DNA of 64,000 bases from the NCBI GenBank assembly GCA_020137815.1, contig CM035361.1, positions 4,650,001 to 4,714,000 of the forward strand, given 5' to 3'. Position numbers and translations under genes: made by a program. This document shows positions 48,304 through 63,200 of the stretch, one piece after another. Each line of letters starts with the position of its first letter. Position 1 is the stretch's first letter. This DNA is from Hormiphora californensis. Lineage: Eukaryota; Animalia; Ctenophora. The notes below the pieces were generated by a model. The model ran no database searches. It worked only from the letters and a program-made list of their open reading frames with translations, and was not told the origin of the DNA.

Positions 48304-48794
48304 GTGATTCTAGTTTGAAATCCTGAACCTATAATTGAGCTGGGAGGGGGGATAATGATTAGAAAGATTTGTTATGTTCTAACTCTACTTTACATTTGTT
48401 ATGTTCTAACCCTACTTTACATTTGTGTTTCGCGGGCGGGGCGCGTGAAACACAGTCTAGCTAGGCAAAGAAAGATTGGTGGAAAACATGAGTCGTGCCT
48501 GACCCTCAGGTTCATGGGCACGACTATTTTCCCCCAATGTGGTCACCATGCACAGTGGAACCTAAACCAAAACAAAATAAGATAAGATAAATAGAAATAC
48601 AAAATGAAATAAAAGAATTAAGTATTAAGCAACAGGAAACAAGCATATAATTGTAGACAAACATACAGTTTTTTATTTCACATTTAGGGGAATAGAAATA
48701 TAAAGGAAACAGGTATATTAAACTATAAAGAAGAAGGAAAAAAGAGAGAGGGAGAGAGAGAAAGGGGGGGGGGAAGAGAGAGAAAGAGAGATAA

Positions 48795-48829
<35 letters not shown>

Positions 48830-49249
48830 AAAAACAGTCTGGTGGTTTTTGATAAAACTAAAAGTTACTATTGTGGGTTTGAAGCGTCAAATGAACAACA
48901 AATAACAAACACTCGAATTCCCCCACACCACAGAAAAAAGCTGAGTTTTCAAATCTACAAAAGAAAAGAAAAAGCGAATGAGTTTTCAAGTTCGAAAATC
49001 ACAGAGGTTTCACTTTTGAAATTAAGAGAAAAATGATAGGCATGTAAAATCATGAATGCTCGCTTCTAATTGCCACCATTGTATACAACATGAACATATG
49101 TAGTATTAAGACTGCTAGCGCCACAATTGCAATTGTTTGGCTTGAATAGCCAAGGAAATAAAGCAGACAATGCAGCTGATTCAATGTGAAATCCGCAAGA
49201 TGTGACTTCGTAAAAAAAGACAAAAGTGGTGGGTCTCTTGCAATCACTG

Positions 49250-49487
49250 CGAAAGCCGGCGGTGCTTATCTCCGATTCATAGCCCTAAGCCACTCCGTAC
49301 CGTGGTACTAAACTAACAGTAAGGGGGCCAGCCCTACGTGCAGGGGAGTGTGACTTTCCAGCCGAAGCTGTACCAATTTATAGCTCGGTCAACTAGACGG
49401 CTTAAGCATTAGATCCCGAACCGAGATTCGAACCCGGGACCTTCTGCATGAGAAACGAGTGTGTTACCACTATAACACCACCCAGCC
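49250..49487 (-). mobile_element. tRNA-derived SINE
   Basis: Minus-strand head GGCTGGGTGGTGTTATAGTGGT...GGTTCGAATCTC (A and B boxes) followed by ~160 bp of non-tRNA body. Confidence 0.72.
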
Positions 49488-51115
49488 GTAAAAAGCAAAT
49501 AAAAATGAAACCAATCCGGAGCGTATAAAATAAAAAATGATCAAAATTCAGTTTTTTTTAAAACTAATCCCCCTGATTCCGGATGGGCTATACAGCAGGG
49601 AGCTTCCTATTATTGGGCGCCAATTAGGACTTGGATCAGGAAACTGTTGTATACTGCCAATACAACAGTCTCTCGAGGGAAGCCCTGTAAATCCAATAAT
49701 TGGCACGGACATATATATTGATACATATATATTTGTACAAGCTCGAAAACCAATATATGTGGGCGGAGGGAGAGGGAGGAGTCGGTCTGTAGAAATTTGG
49801 CGCTTTTAATGGACAGGAGAGAGAAAAGTGAGGTGCTAAAACTGTTTTTGAATAGAAATCTCTCTCAAATGAGCAAGTGATTTCTGAAGGAAAGATTAAA
49901 AATAGATGGAATATTTTAGAATGCTTTTATGTATACTTCTTGTGAAGTTTCACTTGAAGAATTCCTGCAATAAAATATTTAAATATATTTGTTCGTACAT
50001 GATATACCTAGCCACTCACGAGCACCAGTGTCGACCAAATCGTAAAGACGAAATTCGCCATAGTTCTTTAATCTTTAAAGGGTCTCACACCTGACACTCG
50101 CAGAAAATGTGTTTTTTAGACCTCCCCGCGCTAACATTTGTCACTCCCTGTATTACATAAAATGTACCTGTGTCCACGGTTTGACAGATGTTAAACTCTG
50201 CAGAAGATGATATACCTAGCAAACTTTTGACATACCGATTACCAGGACTGTTAATCGATTGTGACTAGACTATTTGAGCCCTAATTGCTATAATAATAGG
50301 GCCTATAATTATAGGGGCTTGTATATTCTCAAAAAGTTTATAAAAAAGGAAAAACCATATTGTGACAGCTATCGACCAAATAAAATCACATAGGATTTGT
50401 TCAAAATCCACAAAGTCGTTGAATTTAGCCGCACAGGTCCTAGATCCACAGTTAACCACAAGAGTTTAATACTGCAGTGCCTCAATCCAACGGTGCACAA
50501 CTGCACAATTTGATCCCTTTTTAAACCTCCAATGGGATATGGGTTTTAATAGTATCGATATCACCCATATTATTATTGTGCAGTTATATTTTGATTATCA
50601 GGGCGTGGTGATTCTAATAATAATATATCCATCCGTGCTGCACCAAGATATAGACGAGATAGAGAATAATTTAGTTTTCTATATCTCGATTAAGATTTAA
50701 GATTATCAATAAAGATCTATCCGGCTTCAGAACAACTGCACATATACCCACCAAATTTGCAGCAATTGGTGATAAATGAAAAGATATTGTTGATGGTCCT
50801 TGTCCCGGAGAGTGCTCTACTCACGGTTGCGAGGAGCTATTTACAAGTAAAACAAGGAACTGTTGAACTAAAACCTCCTTGTTTTACTTGTAAATGAAAA
50901 GATATGAAGATACGAAAAATAACACACTTTTTGAAAAATAATCAATTTCTAAAACAAGGTCAAACTTTCAAACACTACCATAAATCACTAATTTTCAATA
51001 ACTCTTCAAAACTGATAAGAAGTAAAATTTTCCTAGCACCATGCATGCAAGATTTCTCAATTCCGAGCTGATATCGAATCAGCGGGGTTTCAATATTCGG
51101 CGGGTATTTCCAGAT

Positions 51116-53508
51116 CTAATCCTCCTTAACATGGATAGTGAATCGAGCATTACCTCCGGTCCCGGTCTGTTTGGGATCTCGGGGCTCCTAATTAGGGGAA
51201 GAAAGGATTGGTTTAAGATTATTTTTCTGAAGGAGACAACCTATAGATTAGACTAGTTCTATGAACGAAATCATATGTTTGCGTGTCCCGTAATTGAACG
51301 GATGCGGGCCTAGAATACAAACATCATTTTTTTAGGAAGGGGGGCCGATCTGGGCCTTAATTATTATAAACATCCCTTGAAAAAATATTGTATTTCAGTA
51401 CCTGATCCTCGTTAAAACCAATGTGTCGTCCAGGGAAGTTTACAGACTGGAAAGACACGGATCCGTCCTTGTGGAAATTGGGCTTGAATACACAGTATCG
51501 ACCTCCCGCTCCCTGTACACACAAAGAAAATGTGGTTAGATATGTAGAGTGGTACATAATAAATACGCAAATTAGGTGGTTAGATGTTATAGAGGAGATG
51601 TAGTCGAGTGGTGGATTTGAATTAGCAGGAGTTGTAGATCTGTTATAGTAGAATTTTCTACAGATATTCAAATGAAAAGCTAATGATGATTTGTTAGGAT
51701 CTTTGCAGCCTGCAACAGTGTATCAATCACAACTCACAGTTGTAAGACCAGATTTCTTGATGGCGATGAATCGGTGAGGCTTGTTTTCATTTTGAAGTCT
51801 GAGAGTTCCATCGTGATCGTTCTTTTGGACGATAAATGTTGCCCAGCTTCCATTTCCACCTGGGTGAGATATATTCTTGTTTTGTTGTGGGGCGCGGGGA
51901 AGGAGGTTCGAACAAGGCAAATGTATTCAGAGTGAAATTGCTGCTAGAAAAAAACTAGCTAATTAATGAAAATTTATTGCTGATTTAAATACCAATTAAA
52001 TGCTAATTAATGAAAATTTATTGCTAATTTAAATACTAATTAAGCAATAGTTAACTAATCAAACACTAATTTAATACTAATTAACTAATTAACTAATTAC
52101 CCTGAAGATCCAGCTCGTCATCTCCATTGCACCTCACGTGGCCTCCATGTCGAGACTCCAGGTGGATTCGAGAACCATCCTGCATCTTACCGAACCGGGC
52201 TGAAATCGAATCAAGGGGTTACTTTAATTTGGAAGGGATTTTTTTTTAATCACGGGGTTACATTTCTTGTGGGTGTTGTGTGTGTGCTTCGCTGCCAACT
52301 TCGTCAGAGACGAAGTACGGGGGCGGAGCGACTGCGTCGCTCGTGCGTTACATACAGGGGATAGCGCGACGTGCCCAAGTGTGTATGAGTTGAAGTGCTG
52401 AAATTATCACGGGCGGGATGGTTTTTCCCAGACAATTTTAGTTTGAACCTCGCGGTTGCGCGAGTTCTAATACCAGCTGCTAGACAATACAAATACTCAC
52501 CGATGACGTAAGAAAAGTTGTCTGTTTTCCTCTCCTCGCCTCCAAAGGGGAAGTGGCACTCAAAGTTTCCACTGTCAAAGTTGAACTTTCCCGGAATATC
52601 TCCCTCATCAGTATGAGCAACGGTAACGTAGGTACAAGCACCATCATCCTTGGAAGGGAGTGTTAATACCATATATGGGCATGACACGTGACCCACACTC
52701 CATATATGGGCATGAGACCTAACATACACTCCATATACGGGCATGACACATAGTATACCTGGGCACCGAGAAGGAGAGCTCCCTCAGGGGGATCATTTCC
52801 CTCCACAGCGGGCCTCAGGATAACACCATGTCCATTAGAACTGATCCACTCGAAATCCCCGCAAGTGTGCTCTTCTCCTCCATAGGGAAACCAGCATTCT
52901 CCACCATTAGCCTGGGCTTTTCCTAAAAATAGCAAGGAATAACTTTGCGGTTTTTCCTAAAATTAATAAGGAATAACTTTGCGGTTTTTCCTAAAATTAA
53001 TAAGGAATAACTTTGCGGTTTTTCCTAAAAATAAAAAGGAATAATTTTGCGGCTTTTCTTAAAAATAACAAGGAATAACTTTACAGTTTTCCTAATAATG
53101 ATAAGGAATAACTTTGCGGTTGAGACTTCAAGTACTCCCGCGCCCATAAAGGGACTGGAAGCTCACTCCTTGTTATCATACAAATGAGAGTAATTTGTAG
53201 TTACCTGGGATTGTACCGAACTCAGTTCGAGCGAGGACACAATAGTAATCACCCGAATCATACTGATGTCCCAGCCTGAAGAAAATAAAATGAGGTTTAG
53301 GGATATATCCACACAGATTTTGGAAAAAACGGCACAGTTTTTGCTTCACCGACACAGAAAGGGTAGCCGTTCATCCAAAGTTATTGATAACTTTATGAAG
53401 TTTTGTGAAGAATTATGAAGATCTGTGAAGATTTGTGTACCTGAAAGAGTGGTCGGCACATCCGTCCCCGCACTCGGTAAATCGAAGTCCACAACAGTCA
53501 CGATCCAT
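51116..53508 (-). CDS. Cytosolic protein with two DM9-like repeats and a C-terminal beta-trefoil-like domain
   Basis: Exons 53508-53441, 53275-53205, 52922-52759, 52648-52501, 52199-52101, 51859-51738, 51512-51402, 51187-51116. Motifs: GTIPGK...CWFPYGGEEH, GDIPGK...CHFPFGGEE, DGSRIHLES, DGTLRLQN, DGSVSFQSVNFPGRHIG. Confidence 0.85.
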
Positions 53509-54391
53509 GGTTATTTGCTTGGGGGAATTATATTTATACTTAATTGGTTTATTGGTTACACTTTTTGTATAATTGGAGTAATTAATAATGTGATTTTTAT
53601 GTCACTTTTACTATAGGTATGACAAAGAATAGACCAAGCTTCGTAATTGATGATGGTGATCAAAGCGACAAAATATAAAAAGGAAAATGGGGCATTGTTC
53701 GGCAACAGGTTTTCTGAAATACAAAGAATTGGAAACCACGGCGGGGGGTTTTGTCAGACGTGGCACAACAAGTTCTTATCTAATTGTTGAAAAAAAGGTA
53801 ATGTTTCACGAAGTGATAAGGATATTATAGAGAGGCTCCTATTTCTTTCTCAAGAAAATGTTCAATGCCCTGTCAGGCCAATGCTCTGACAGTCAATGCC
53901 TTATCTGTTTACGTTAGAGATTCACAAAAAGAGATAAATATTGAATAAACATTAAAGAATTACAGTATTCTTGCAGTGCTGGATATGGAAGTGGCCATGG
54001 CTTGGGGTAACGAAATTACCCATACCTTACGGACACCTACCGTGATATGCCTCCGTTACCAAATATTTTTATAGGCCAACTAAAAATGTTGGATGAGTAG
54101 CTTACACTCCCACAAAAGTGGCAAATACACCACTCTTTTGAATATTTCTATGCGAAAACGGCACTCCCTTTCTACCGATGAAAATAGGATATATTCTCAG
54201 AAAAAAAACGCAGCGACCAATATGTAGCTGCAAAACTGGCAAAGCTAGCGGGCCAGGAAGCTAGACGTTATATTGGATTATGGGCTGCATAGAAAGCTAC
54301 TGGGCTGGACGTGGATTCAATAGACCAGGGAAAACATATACCCCCGCAATATATGCGTATAGCAAATGAGCTGTAATCCAACAGCTCGTGT

Positions 54392-54526
<135 letters not shown>

Positions 54527-56401
54527 TCCTGAACGAGGTTTGAGAAAATATTTTTATACGACGTGTCATATCCTTCCCATGTCTCGAACCCATAGTCTGA
54601 AAGCACCGCACCTGTACGATAGAGAATTGAGTGTGATATTATATGCGCATATATGAGCATTTCCTGATTCAATTCTCGGATTGATTAACCATGCTCCAAT
54701 ATAATTGTAGTTGTAGGTGAAAGATAATTGAACGAATCTACAAGCTGGAAACTATATAAACCTATATTGGACCTGAGACCACATTATGAAAAGTCTGGTA
54801 TACCTGAGCTGGGATAATTCAATACGGCTTGTGGAATATGTCATCACTCCTGCAGTAGCTTGAATCACAGACTAGCTTGAAATTTGTCACCCCGTGTGAG
54901 GTGATAAAATACTTCGAGAAATATTTATTAGGGTTTTAGGGTACACTCTAAATTGCATATATTTCAAAGGTTTACAATCATTTTCATAGACTAAATGCCA
55001 AATGGGCCGGACTATCTCTATTATAATTTGGAGATGAACGTCGTGGTCGAAGTCGTTCGTTCAGTGCGTTTCTACGCGACAGTCTGCTCCTTCATTAAGA
55101 ATTTCAATGGCGTCCTGTAGTGGTGCAGTGTCCAAAATTACGTAATTATGACGGAAGTTGAGCCGCGCACACACAGTGGCTACTAACAGCGACTACTTTA
55201 ACTTCTCCTTCCGCTGTGCGCGTTCCTGGAATGATGACTTCCTGTCATGACCACTTCATGTTGCTATGGCACTGATTTAAATTGTTTTGGGTCCTCTTGA
55301 TGTGTGCTCACTGCTCCTGCTATCCGATCACATTTCATCTCATCAGAAACCAGGCCCTGTCAGTGTCACATATCTCACAGTCATCAGCTCAGTACACTGC
55401 ACAGTGTCACATGTTTAAATTACCACACCCATCATTATGCGAGTGTCGAATAGAACTCTAAATCAGATGTCAAACCCAAATCGTTACGTGTAACACCCGG
55501 CCCTCTTTTGGGAGCAGTTGTTTTTACTTTGCTGGCAGTTTGAGATCATTTCGGAACATAATTTAGCAATTCAGTCTCCATAGTTACCGATTTAGTTGCC
55601 ATGGCAACCATTGAATTGGTGACATATGTGGGAAAAAGAGGGCCATCCGGCGGAGCCGGGTGGGTTATCAAAACGCCCTTACTTGGGGCGCACCCAATGG
55701 GTGCGCTATAACATATGATGTAGGATCTCGACACATTGCACATGAATTACGCAACAAGCCCTAATTCACACCAGAGCGTTTTCTAGGTAACCTAGCAACT
55801 TGCCACTCTCGAGGAAATCACTTGATAAGTGGATTTTAGAGAGTTTCGATACAAATTTAACAATTTTCCTGGAAACTTCATTACTGGAACTAAAGACCAG
55901 CTGTGACCTGGATATAAAGCAGTAATATAACACGGAGAATGTTCGTGTGAGTTGTAGAACAAAGGAGCTGAGAGGAGCTATCCGGGTCACACAGGAGCGC
56001 TACATCTCAATGTGGTGAGAGAGACATGTAATGGGCGAGAGATGAAGGGCGAGGGAAGGAGAGAAACGAGAGATTGATAGAGAGAAAGATAGGGAGAAAG
56101 ATAAAAATGAAAGAATAATGGATGAAATGATGAGATGATGTCGAAGCAGCGATCTATTTTAATTTAGGATTTTTAGAGGAGTTGCAGGTAGCTTATGAAA
56201 TTAAAATGCTGGAGAAGGCCGAAAACGAAATCTAGTGCGCAGATGGTTTGATGAGATATGTGGCTTTGAAAGGGGACACGGCCTCTCTCATTTAAAGCGG
56301 GGGAGGGAGAACTCTGAGCTTTCTGAGCAAAGTTCTGAGAACTCTGAGCTCCGTACAGACCATTAGCCACCTGGGTCAGATGCATGAAACGTGATACCTT
56401 A

Positions 56402-56602
<201 letters not shown>

Positions 56603-56865
56603 ATCCCTACCTTTCTCATTTCGTAACCAAAACTCCATGAGCTGCAGTTATTTAATAGCTTAGGAGAGTGAAAGGGAACCAACATGACCTTATTACAAGC
56701 CGAGCTAATTCCAACTTTGTATATCAGGTTTCCATAGTGACGAAACTACATTCCAGAATTCTAGGAAAAATTCCCGCAAACTACCTAGCCGTTCGAGCAC
56801 GGTTTCCCCTTTTTCTCACACTACTGACACCATCCCGCATCCGATATCCGATTACCATATACCTA

Positions 56866-56965
56866 CAGTCGGACCCCGATTTAGGGACACCCTCGGGGGA
56901 AAGGCTCTTGTCCACTAAATCGGGGTGTCCACTAAATCGGGAGCCCCTAAATCGGGGTCCGACTG
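56866..56965. mobile_element. MITE family B (short form)
   Basis: CAGTCGGACCCCGATTTAGGG TIR, TA TSD. Confidence 0.88.
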
Positions 56966-57509
56966 TACTCGATAGTTGGGTAAACCATATTTGGAATCAC
57001 GGACCCTAACCAACCAACCCTCGACTAATAAACTATTTTTCAGTACAAGCGTCCGTCTCCCCAAAAAAACGGCTGCCAAGAGACGATTACCAAGATCGCC
57101 GGAAGGAGGTAAAAAGTATAACTTTAAGTCGTGAGACCTCTACTGCGATAATGTGTGTAGCTCTAACAGCATGTTCTTCCTAGTTCAATGCATTTACTTT
57201 GCTCCAGAGCTGCTGTGTGTGTCCTTTGTTTCTCAATATACATATTGTATAACAGTGTGCACATGCACAAACCATTTTATGAAGGAGCAAGCTGTTGCCT
57301 ACCAACGGCTTCTTAACTCTTAATTCTGAATTTCAATTAAGATGTTGAGGATTTTACCTATGCTTTTAATAATATAAAATTGTAAATTGCCATTGTAAAT
57401 ACCATTGTGTAGGTATATATTTTTAATTGTTTTTCCAAAAAAATTTCAATTAAGATGTTTCACCTGTTTTCTTATTCTATGACTCATTAGGCCCCTGAAG
57501 ATTATTAAT

Positions 57510-60040
57510 ATGGCCCACCTGGGGATTGATTTCGGGACCACTTCAGTGAAGGTTTGCCTGAAATTAGCTGATGGAACCACTCGAGAGGCCAAGGTAAAGA
57601 GTTTAGTAAATTAGAATTTGAAAATGTTGTAACTTAAAACCAGATTATATGATCTGCAATTGTAAATTGTTCTGTCACAGGAGCATTGGCCTGAAACTTT
57701 CAGGACAATGCTCCCGTTCAGAGTCTGGCCACGGTTTTCGCCTGCAATATGGCCAAAGCTCTGTCAGCCCATGGATATGACATGTACCCTTAATCATGTT
57801 CCAGGTGATTACAAAGCTCACAAACCAGCTGATACCATTAATTGTTCCAGGTGGTCCACAACAGCGACTCAAGCCCCGGGGAGCAAGACGCCATGGAAAC
57901 TTTTTTAGCCGTCACAAGCGCTATTGAGGAGCTTTCTGCCTGCTTTTTTGGTGGATTGGTAGTGGATACCTTATCAACCTGTTGTCAAATGCATGGTAAG
58001 AACCTGATATAACACCATATATGGGCATCACGTGATAATAACTCTCCATACATGGCCATCACTTGATAATAACCAGGAACCGACCGAATCAGGAAATACT
58101 GGTCCCTGATTGGCTGATAACCAGTCACGTGACCTAAATAACGAGTTCTGATTGGTTGTTTACTTGTTTCGGTCGGTTCCTGATAGTAACGCTCCATATA
58201 TTTAGAAACATATGAAACCCGATAGCTGATTTATCAGTCGTTTGAACATTTTGCGCGCACATGATATCTGCTAGCTGGGGGATTTAACACCCTGCTCGCG
58301 TTTTAACAGTCCAGTTCCCTTTTTCTCGCGTTTCTCTTGATTTGAATAACAGGCGTGTAAAATTCCAAGTAATAAAAATGTGTGTAAACACACAGTTCCG
58401 TCAACAAGAGAGAGAGGAAACATGTCTGCAACACTTTTCAATGTTATCTCTCTCATAAAAAAGCAAAAGAATCGCATTCCTATCTTTCTCTCTCTCTCAT
58501 TCCCTCTTTTACTGTTCAATATCTCTCACTGTGTGTATTGGCCCCAATCTTGCTCTCTCTTACTCAAATATGTTAGGAACAGTTGCAACTAGGTGCCAGT
58601 TAGTCTACACACAGTTTGGGGACGTCTGTTGACTATTTTCCAGTACTCCTTGTGTGTTTTACCTTGTGTTGTGTCTCTTATTTATGTGTAATTACTATCG
58701 GGTTTCATAAACTATGAACGTTTGTTAGCCTATCGCGTTATAGGTTTAAATCACCTCCCCCTCACCCTCGGCTGGCGCCTCGGGATCGGCGTCGGGATTT
58801 AAACCAGTTTAATCGCCCTGCTGGGCGATTAAACTCCAGTTGGCTGTCCCCAGCTCGCGCTGGCAACAGCCAACTTCATAACGCGCCAGTCTACAAACGT
58901 TCATAGTTCATATATCACGTGACCACAGTTCCAACTCCAGGTTTAATTCTGTGGAACACCGATGGAACATGTTCACGTCTCATAACCTGGGAGGATGGAA
59001 GGTGCACCCCGGAATTTCTTTCTCAGCTCAAAAAGAAATCCAACCGGCCCCACGTAGATTTACACACGGGATACGGTTGTGCTAGTTTAGCTTGGATGAG
59101 AGAACATGATATGCGCCAGCTCCAGAAATGGCAGTTTTCCGGGACAATCGGCGATTACTTTCTCTGGAGACTGTGCAGTGGCATGAAAGGATCCTTTATC
59201 AGCGACCAAAATGCCGAAAGTTGGGGGTTTTTTGATGCGACCACTGGTGATTGGGATTGGGAGGCAGTGAGGGCACTGGGAATTGATAAATGGCTTCCCA
59301 AAGCTGTAGTCCCAGGAGGAACTGTCGTAACTGACAACCACCAGTGTTTGAACCCGGGACTGCGCGTGGGAAAAGTGTTTGTGCCACTGGGAGATCTCCA
59401 GGCTTCGGTTTACTCGGTCATTGGCGGGAACTCCGGTCGAGTTTTCAATTATGGCACTGCGTGTCAGCTTATAAAAACTGTACCCCCACAAGTTACCCAG
59501 CCACCGATTCTAAACCCATCCTTCCGAGTTTGTCGCTATACTCGGTCCCTTCACCTTCTCACAGCTGCTTCACTAAACGGTGGGAACGCCTTGAAACCCC
59601 TTCAAAACCAGACTGGAGTTCCATTTTCGGAGATTTTAGAGCTTGCTTGGCTGCGTCGGGATACCCCACTGAGATGCAAACCGACCTTTTTGGGCGAGAG
59701 ACATGATGTGAGTGGAAAGGGTCGGTTCTGGAATGTTGGGCTTGATAACTTTACCACCGGTGATATTGCGGCTGCTATATGCCGGGGTGTAGTGGAAAAT
59801 GTAATTGAAATGATGGGCGACCAATCAGAGAGATCAGATCAACAAATGAACCAATCAGAGAGATCATACAATCAAGAGGGCCAATCAGATTTGAGCAATA
59901 ATGTGGATATGTATGCTGTCGGTATTGCCAGTCGGCCGATTATGGAGTACTATGTGAGGAAACTACTGGGTAATTTCAAGTCGGGTGAAGCATCCGCTGC
60001 ACTGGGGGCTATACAGTTTAACCTTGGCGAGTCAGTTTAG
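57510..60040 (+). CDS. SHPK: FGGY-family sugar kinase, sedoheptulokinase-like
   Basis: Exons 57510-57593 (LGIDFGTTSVK), 57851-57995 (EQD...CQMHG), 58941-60040 (LITWEDGRC, GYGCASL, QNAESWGFF, LGDLQAS, AASLNGGN, PTFLGERH). Confidence 0.9.
58074..58182. mobile_element. MITE family A
   Basis: TSD ATAATAAC/ATAGTAAC. Confidence 0.9.
58211..58907. mobile_element. Two adjacent MITE-like elements in SHPK intron 2
   Basis: TATGAAACCCGATAG...CTATCGGGTTTCATA (~58211-58708) and ACTATGAACGTTTGT...ACAAACGTTCATAGT (~58711-58907). Confidence 0.6.
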
Positions 60041-60286
60041 TTTATGAAGGAGTACTTATAGGTTTTATAAAGGAGCAGTTTTTATCAATTACTTAGATAT
60101 TCCCATCATTGTCAAATGAATTTCTTACAATTCACTGCTTATAAGTGATATTTAATACGAAAAAAACAACAGTAAACGATTCTTTATGTGAAAAAACTTA
60201 AACGTCCCTTTGATATATCAAATATATAATTACTTCCCACCCTCGTCTTTTTCACTCACGCCAGAGATATTTCTCATTTACCAAAT

Positions 60287-63200
60287 CTACACGGGATTAG
60301 ACTGGCACACGTGCACGTACACGTGTACTGGGTCTGCTCCAAGACCCATTCGAGAACTCATCTCCTCCAAATGCTGTTCAAGAGCCTGGCAGAGTTCACA
60401 GGAACAGTTTTCAGCGGGTGGTGAAGCAGTTTCCTGATCCTCAGCTGCATCTGTTTCAGTCGCAGCATCGCACCGGTCACTAGGGGGGAGGAAACAAGAA
60501 TTATTACACGGAGTAAGGAGGAAAAGTCGCGACTGAAACCTCGAGTTAAACCTCAGGTTTCAGGCAATGAAATTTAATTGTAGTATCAAACTATTCACTG
60601 AAAATTTTAGTGCAGTGATCGCATTGCGCCAGTTTTTATTATGCATTGGGATTTTTAAACGCGGAAATAGTATTGTCAAGTATATGGGGGAAAACAGTCG
60701 TGCCCGAACCTCAGGTTCAGGTCACGGCTATTTTTACTGAGACCTGAGATCTCAGGTTTCAGTGGCGGCTATTCCCTTAAATCTCAGGGAATAGCCGACA
60801 CTGAAACCTGAGATCTCAGATTCTCAGGTCTCAGTGGAAAATGGCCGTGGCATGAACCTTTGGTTCAGGCATGACTGTTTCCCCCTATGACTTACCCAGT
60901 GGAGGGGGATGGTTCCAAAGTGAACTCTTCGTGCTGGACAATATCACACCCAGTCCCAATTCCAACCGAAGTCCTCGCCCTAGAACTGGCACAGTTGCAC
61001 GTGGTGAAGATATGAGAATGATTTGGAGAACTGCTCGCATCCTCCTTCTCCTTCTTCTTCTTCACATCTTTGATCTTCTCCAACAGATCCCTGTGATACT
61101 CCGCTGCCTCCGGTATTTCCTCCGTGTTCTGTTCTTTGAACCTGCCAACCACATCCGCGACGTACAGTGGAGAAAGGTAGGTAGGAGCGTCACCATAGTT
61201 ACAGTCAATGGTAACCATGGTAGGCTTGTTTCGTCTTGCCTGAGGTGGGGCACTTTGACCTCTCTTCTTCTTAATTCGATACGTCACCACGATGAGGGAT
61301 TCGGTACTGGAGTAGATAGATGCGGGGATACTTGTACTTCTCTTGAGTGCCACGCCCTCTCTCTGAGGTTTCCTTCCCCTTATCTTATCCAGGAGGCCGG
61401 ACACAAGACTCGAGGCGGATGTCGTGGTTCCTGTAGTCGTGCTGGAGTCATGAGTGCTGCTCTGTTTGGATGAATCAGTCAGTTTTGAGTGTTCCCGGTC
61501 GGGCTCGCCACGGGTACAAGGATTCTTCCACCAGGGTGCTCGCTTCGCTCGGGGTGGGGGTAGTGGAGCTATAACAGAGTGATCGTGTTCAGAGGACTTA
61601 ACAGATGGTAGATCAACTCCTTGCTGGAGATCAGCTACCACGGCTGGACCAAGTGGGAGGACATCTGATCTCTTGGAGATGGATTTTAGTGAGAAATCCG
61701 GTTCTTCGGGTACGTAGCTCATGACAGGTTTGTCGCCATCATACAGGGCACCGGAGGGAGAAATGTGTGGCAGGGAGAAGGTATGAGTCAGTGGTCTGAT
61801 GGGGTTTTTGTCTCCGTCGACAACCGGAACTCCATCAGGTCCCAGTAAAGTTCCCTTATCATCAACCTCTAAAGGCTTGTCTGTTGGCAACTTAATAGGA
61901 CAACCATCATTGTCCAATAATGGTTTTCCATCGGGACCGAGAAGGGTACCATCCGGAGCCATGATGACCTGCCCAAGTGGGTCTTCTCCAGGTTTGAGAG
62001 GACATCCATCGGGCCCAAATATGGGCTGACCATCGGGACCTAGGATGTTTCCATCTCCATCCAAGGGGAGACACCCATCGGGAGTGAGTTCAATCTTGAT
62101 CGGACACCCATCTGCATTCAAGATGGGAGACCCATCAGGACCTAGAAGAGTGCCATCAGGGGCAATTCTCGGAATCCCGACATCCTCCCCACACTTGATT
62201 GGCTCTCCATCAGCACCAAGTAGAAGTTCCTCATCAGGACCGACCAGGAACCCTTCCTCATTGGGTCCCCGGGGCATCATCTCCATCTCAGGATCTGGCC
62301 TGAGTCCAATTAGTAGGGGTACACCCTCAGCGGTGATCATGGGAATACCATCGGGATCCAAAATGTGTCCATCATCATCGATCTCGGGGAGGACAAAGTT
62401 GGTTGCCGGGGAAACAGGGATATCTTCCACGATGACTGGAAGTCCTTCACAATCCAACAATTCTCCGATATCGCTAACCTGGAGGGGCTCATCCCCACAG
62501 GGGCATAAAGTGGAGACAGGCCGCCCCTCAGGGTCCACAACACGCTGCCCATCAGGCCCGATAACCTCACCCTGGGGTCCGATAACAACCACCGTGAAGG
62601 GATCCTCTCCTGGCTTCAGAGGGGTTCCATCAGGTCCAATGATGGGGTTACCATTCACATCCACCATGTTGCCATCCTCGTCCAATGGTAGAGACCCATC
62701 GGGATTGAGGGCCACCCTCACAGGCTCCCCTGTAACCGGGTCCCTGATTGGTTGCTTATCTGGTCCATGGAGCACACCCGCGGGGTCAATGTACGGTACA
62801 CAAACCTCCACAAGGGCCTTAACTGGCTCCCCATCTGGACCTAACACGGGCTCACCATCAGGACCAAGGATCCTACCCTGAGAATCAGGCTCAACTGGAA
62901 TCAGATCCACGGGCTTCATGGCCACAAAGACAGGCTCACCCTGGGCATCAATAATGGGTTTACCGTCCGGTCCGTAAACCTGGCCATTAGGCCCGACTAT
63001 GGGACCTGCACATGGGGCCTCCTCCTCCTCCCCAGTTGGCCCTATGTAGACAAGAGGATTTCCCTCTGGATCCAGCAGACAACCATCATCATCCATCATT
63101 AGAGTCCCGTCTGGGTTGATTCCAATCTTCAGCTGCTTGGGCTGGTAGGATGGTTTGGGGACATCAGGGGGTCGGATAACGGCCGAAGTAACCCCGAAGG

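Noticed and set aside
49410-49487. Functional tRNA gene
   Set aside because: Poor acceptor and anticodon stem pairing, and it runs into a SINE-like body.
57985-58197. ORFs containing [21 protein letters not shown]
   Set aside because: Translation of MITE family A.
58919-60040. Recent bacterial transfer of a sugar kinase
   Set aside because: It has two upstream spliceosomal exons and motifs fitting the SHPK family found in animals.
62045-62881. 278-aa plus-strand ORF
   Set aside because: Antisense shadow of the GPDG-repeat exon.
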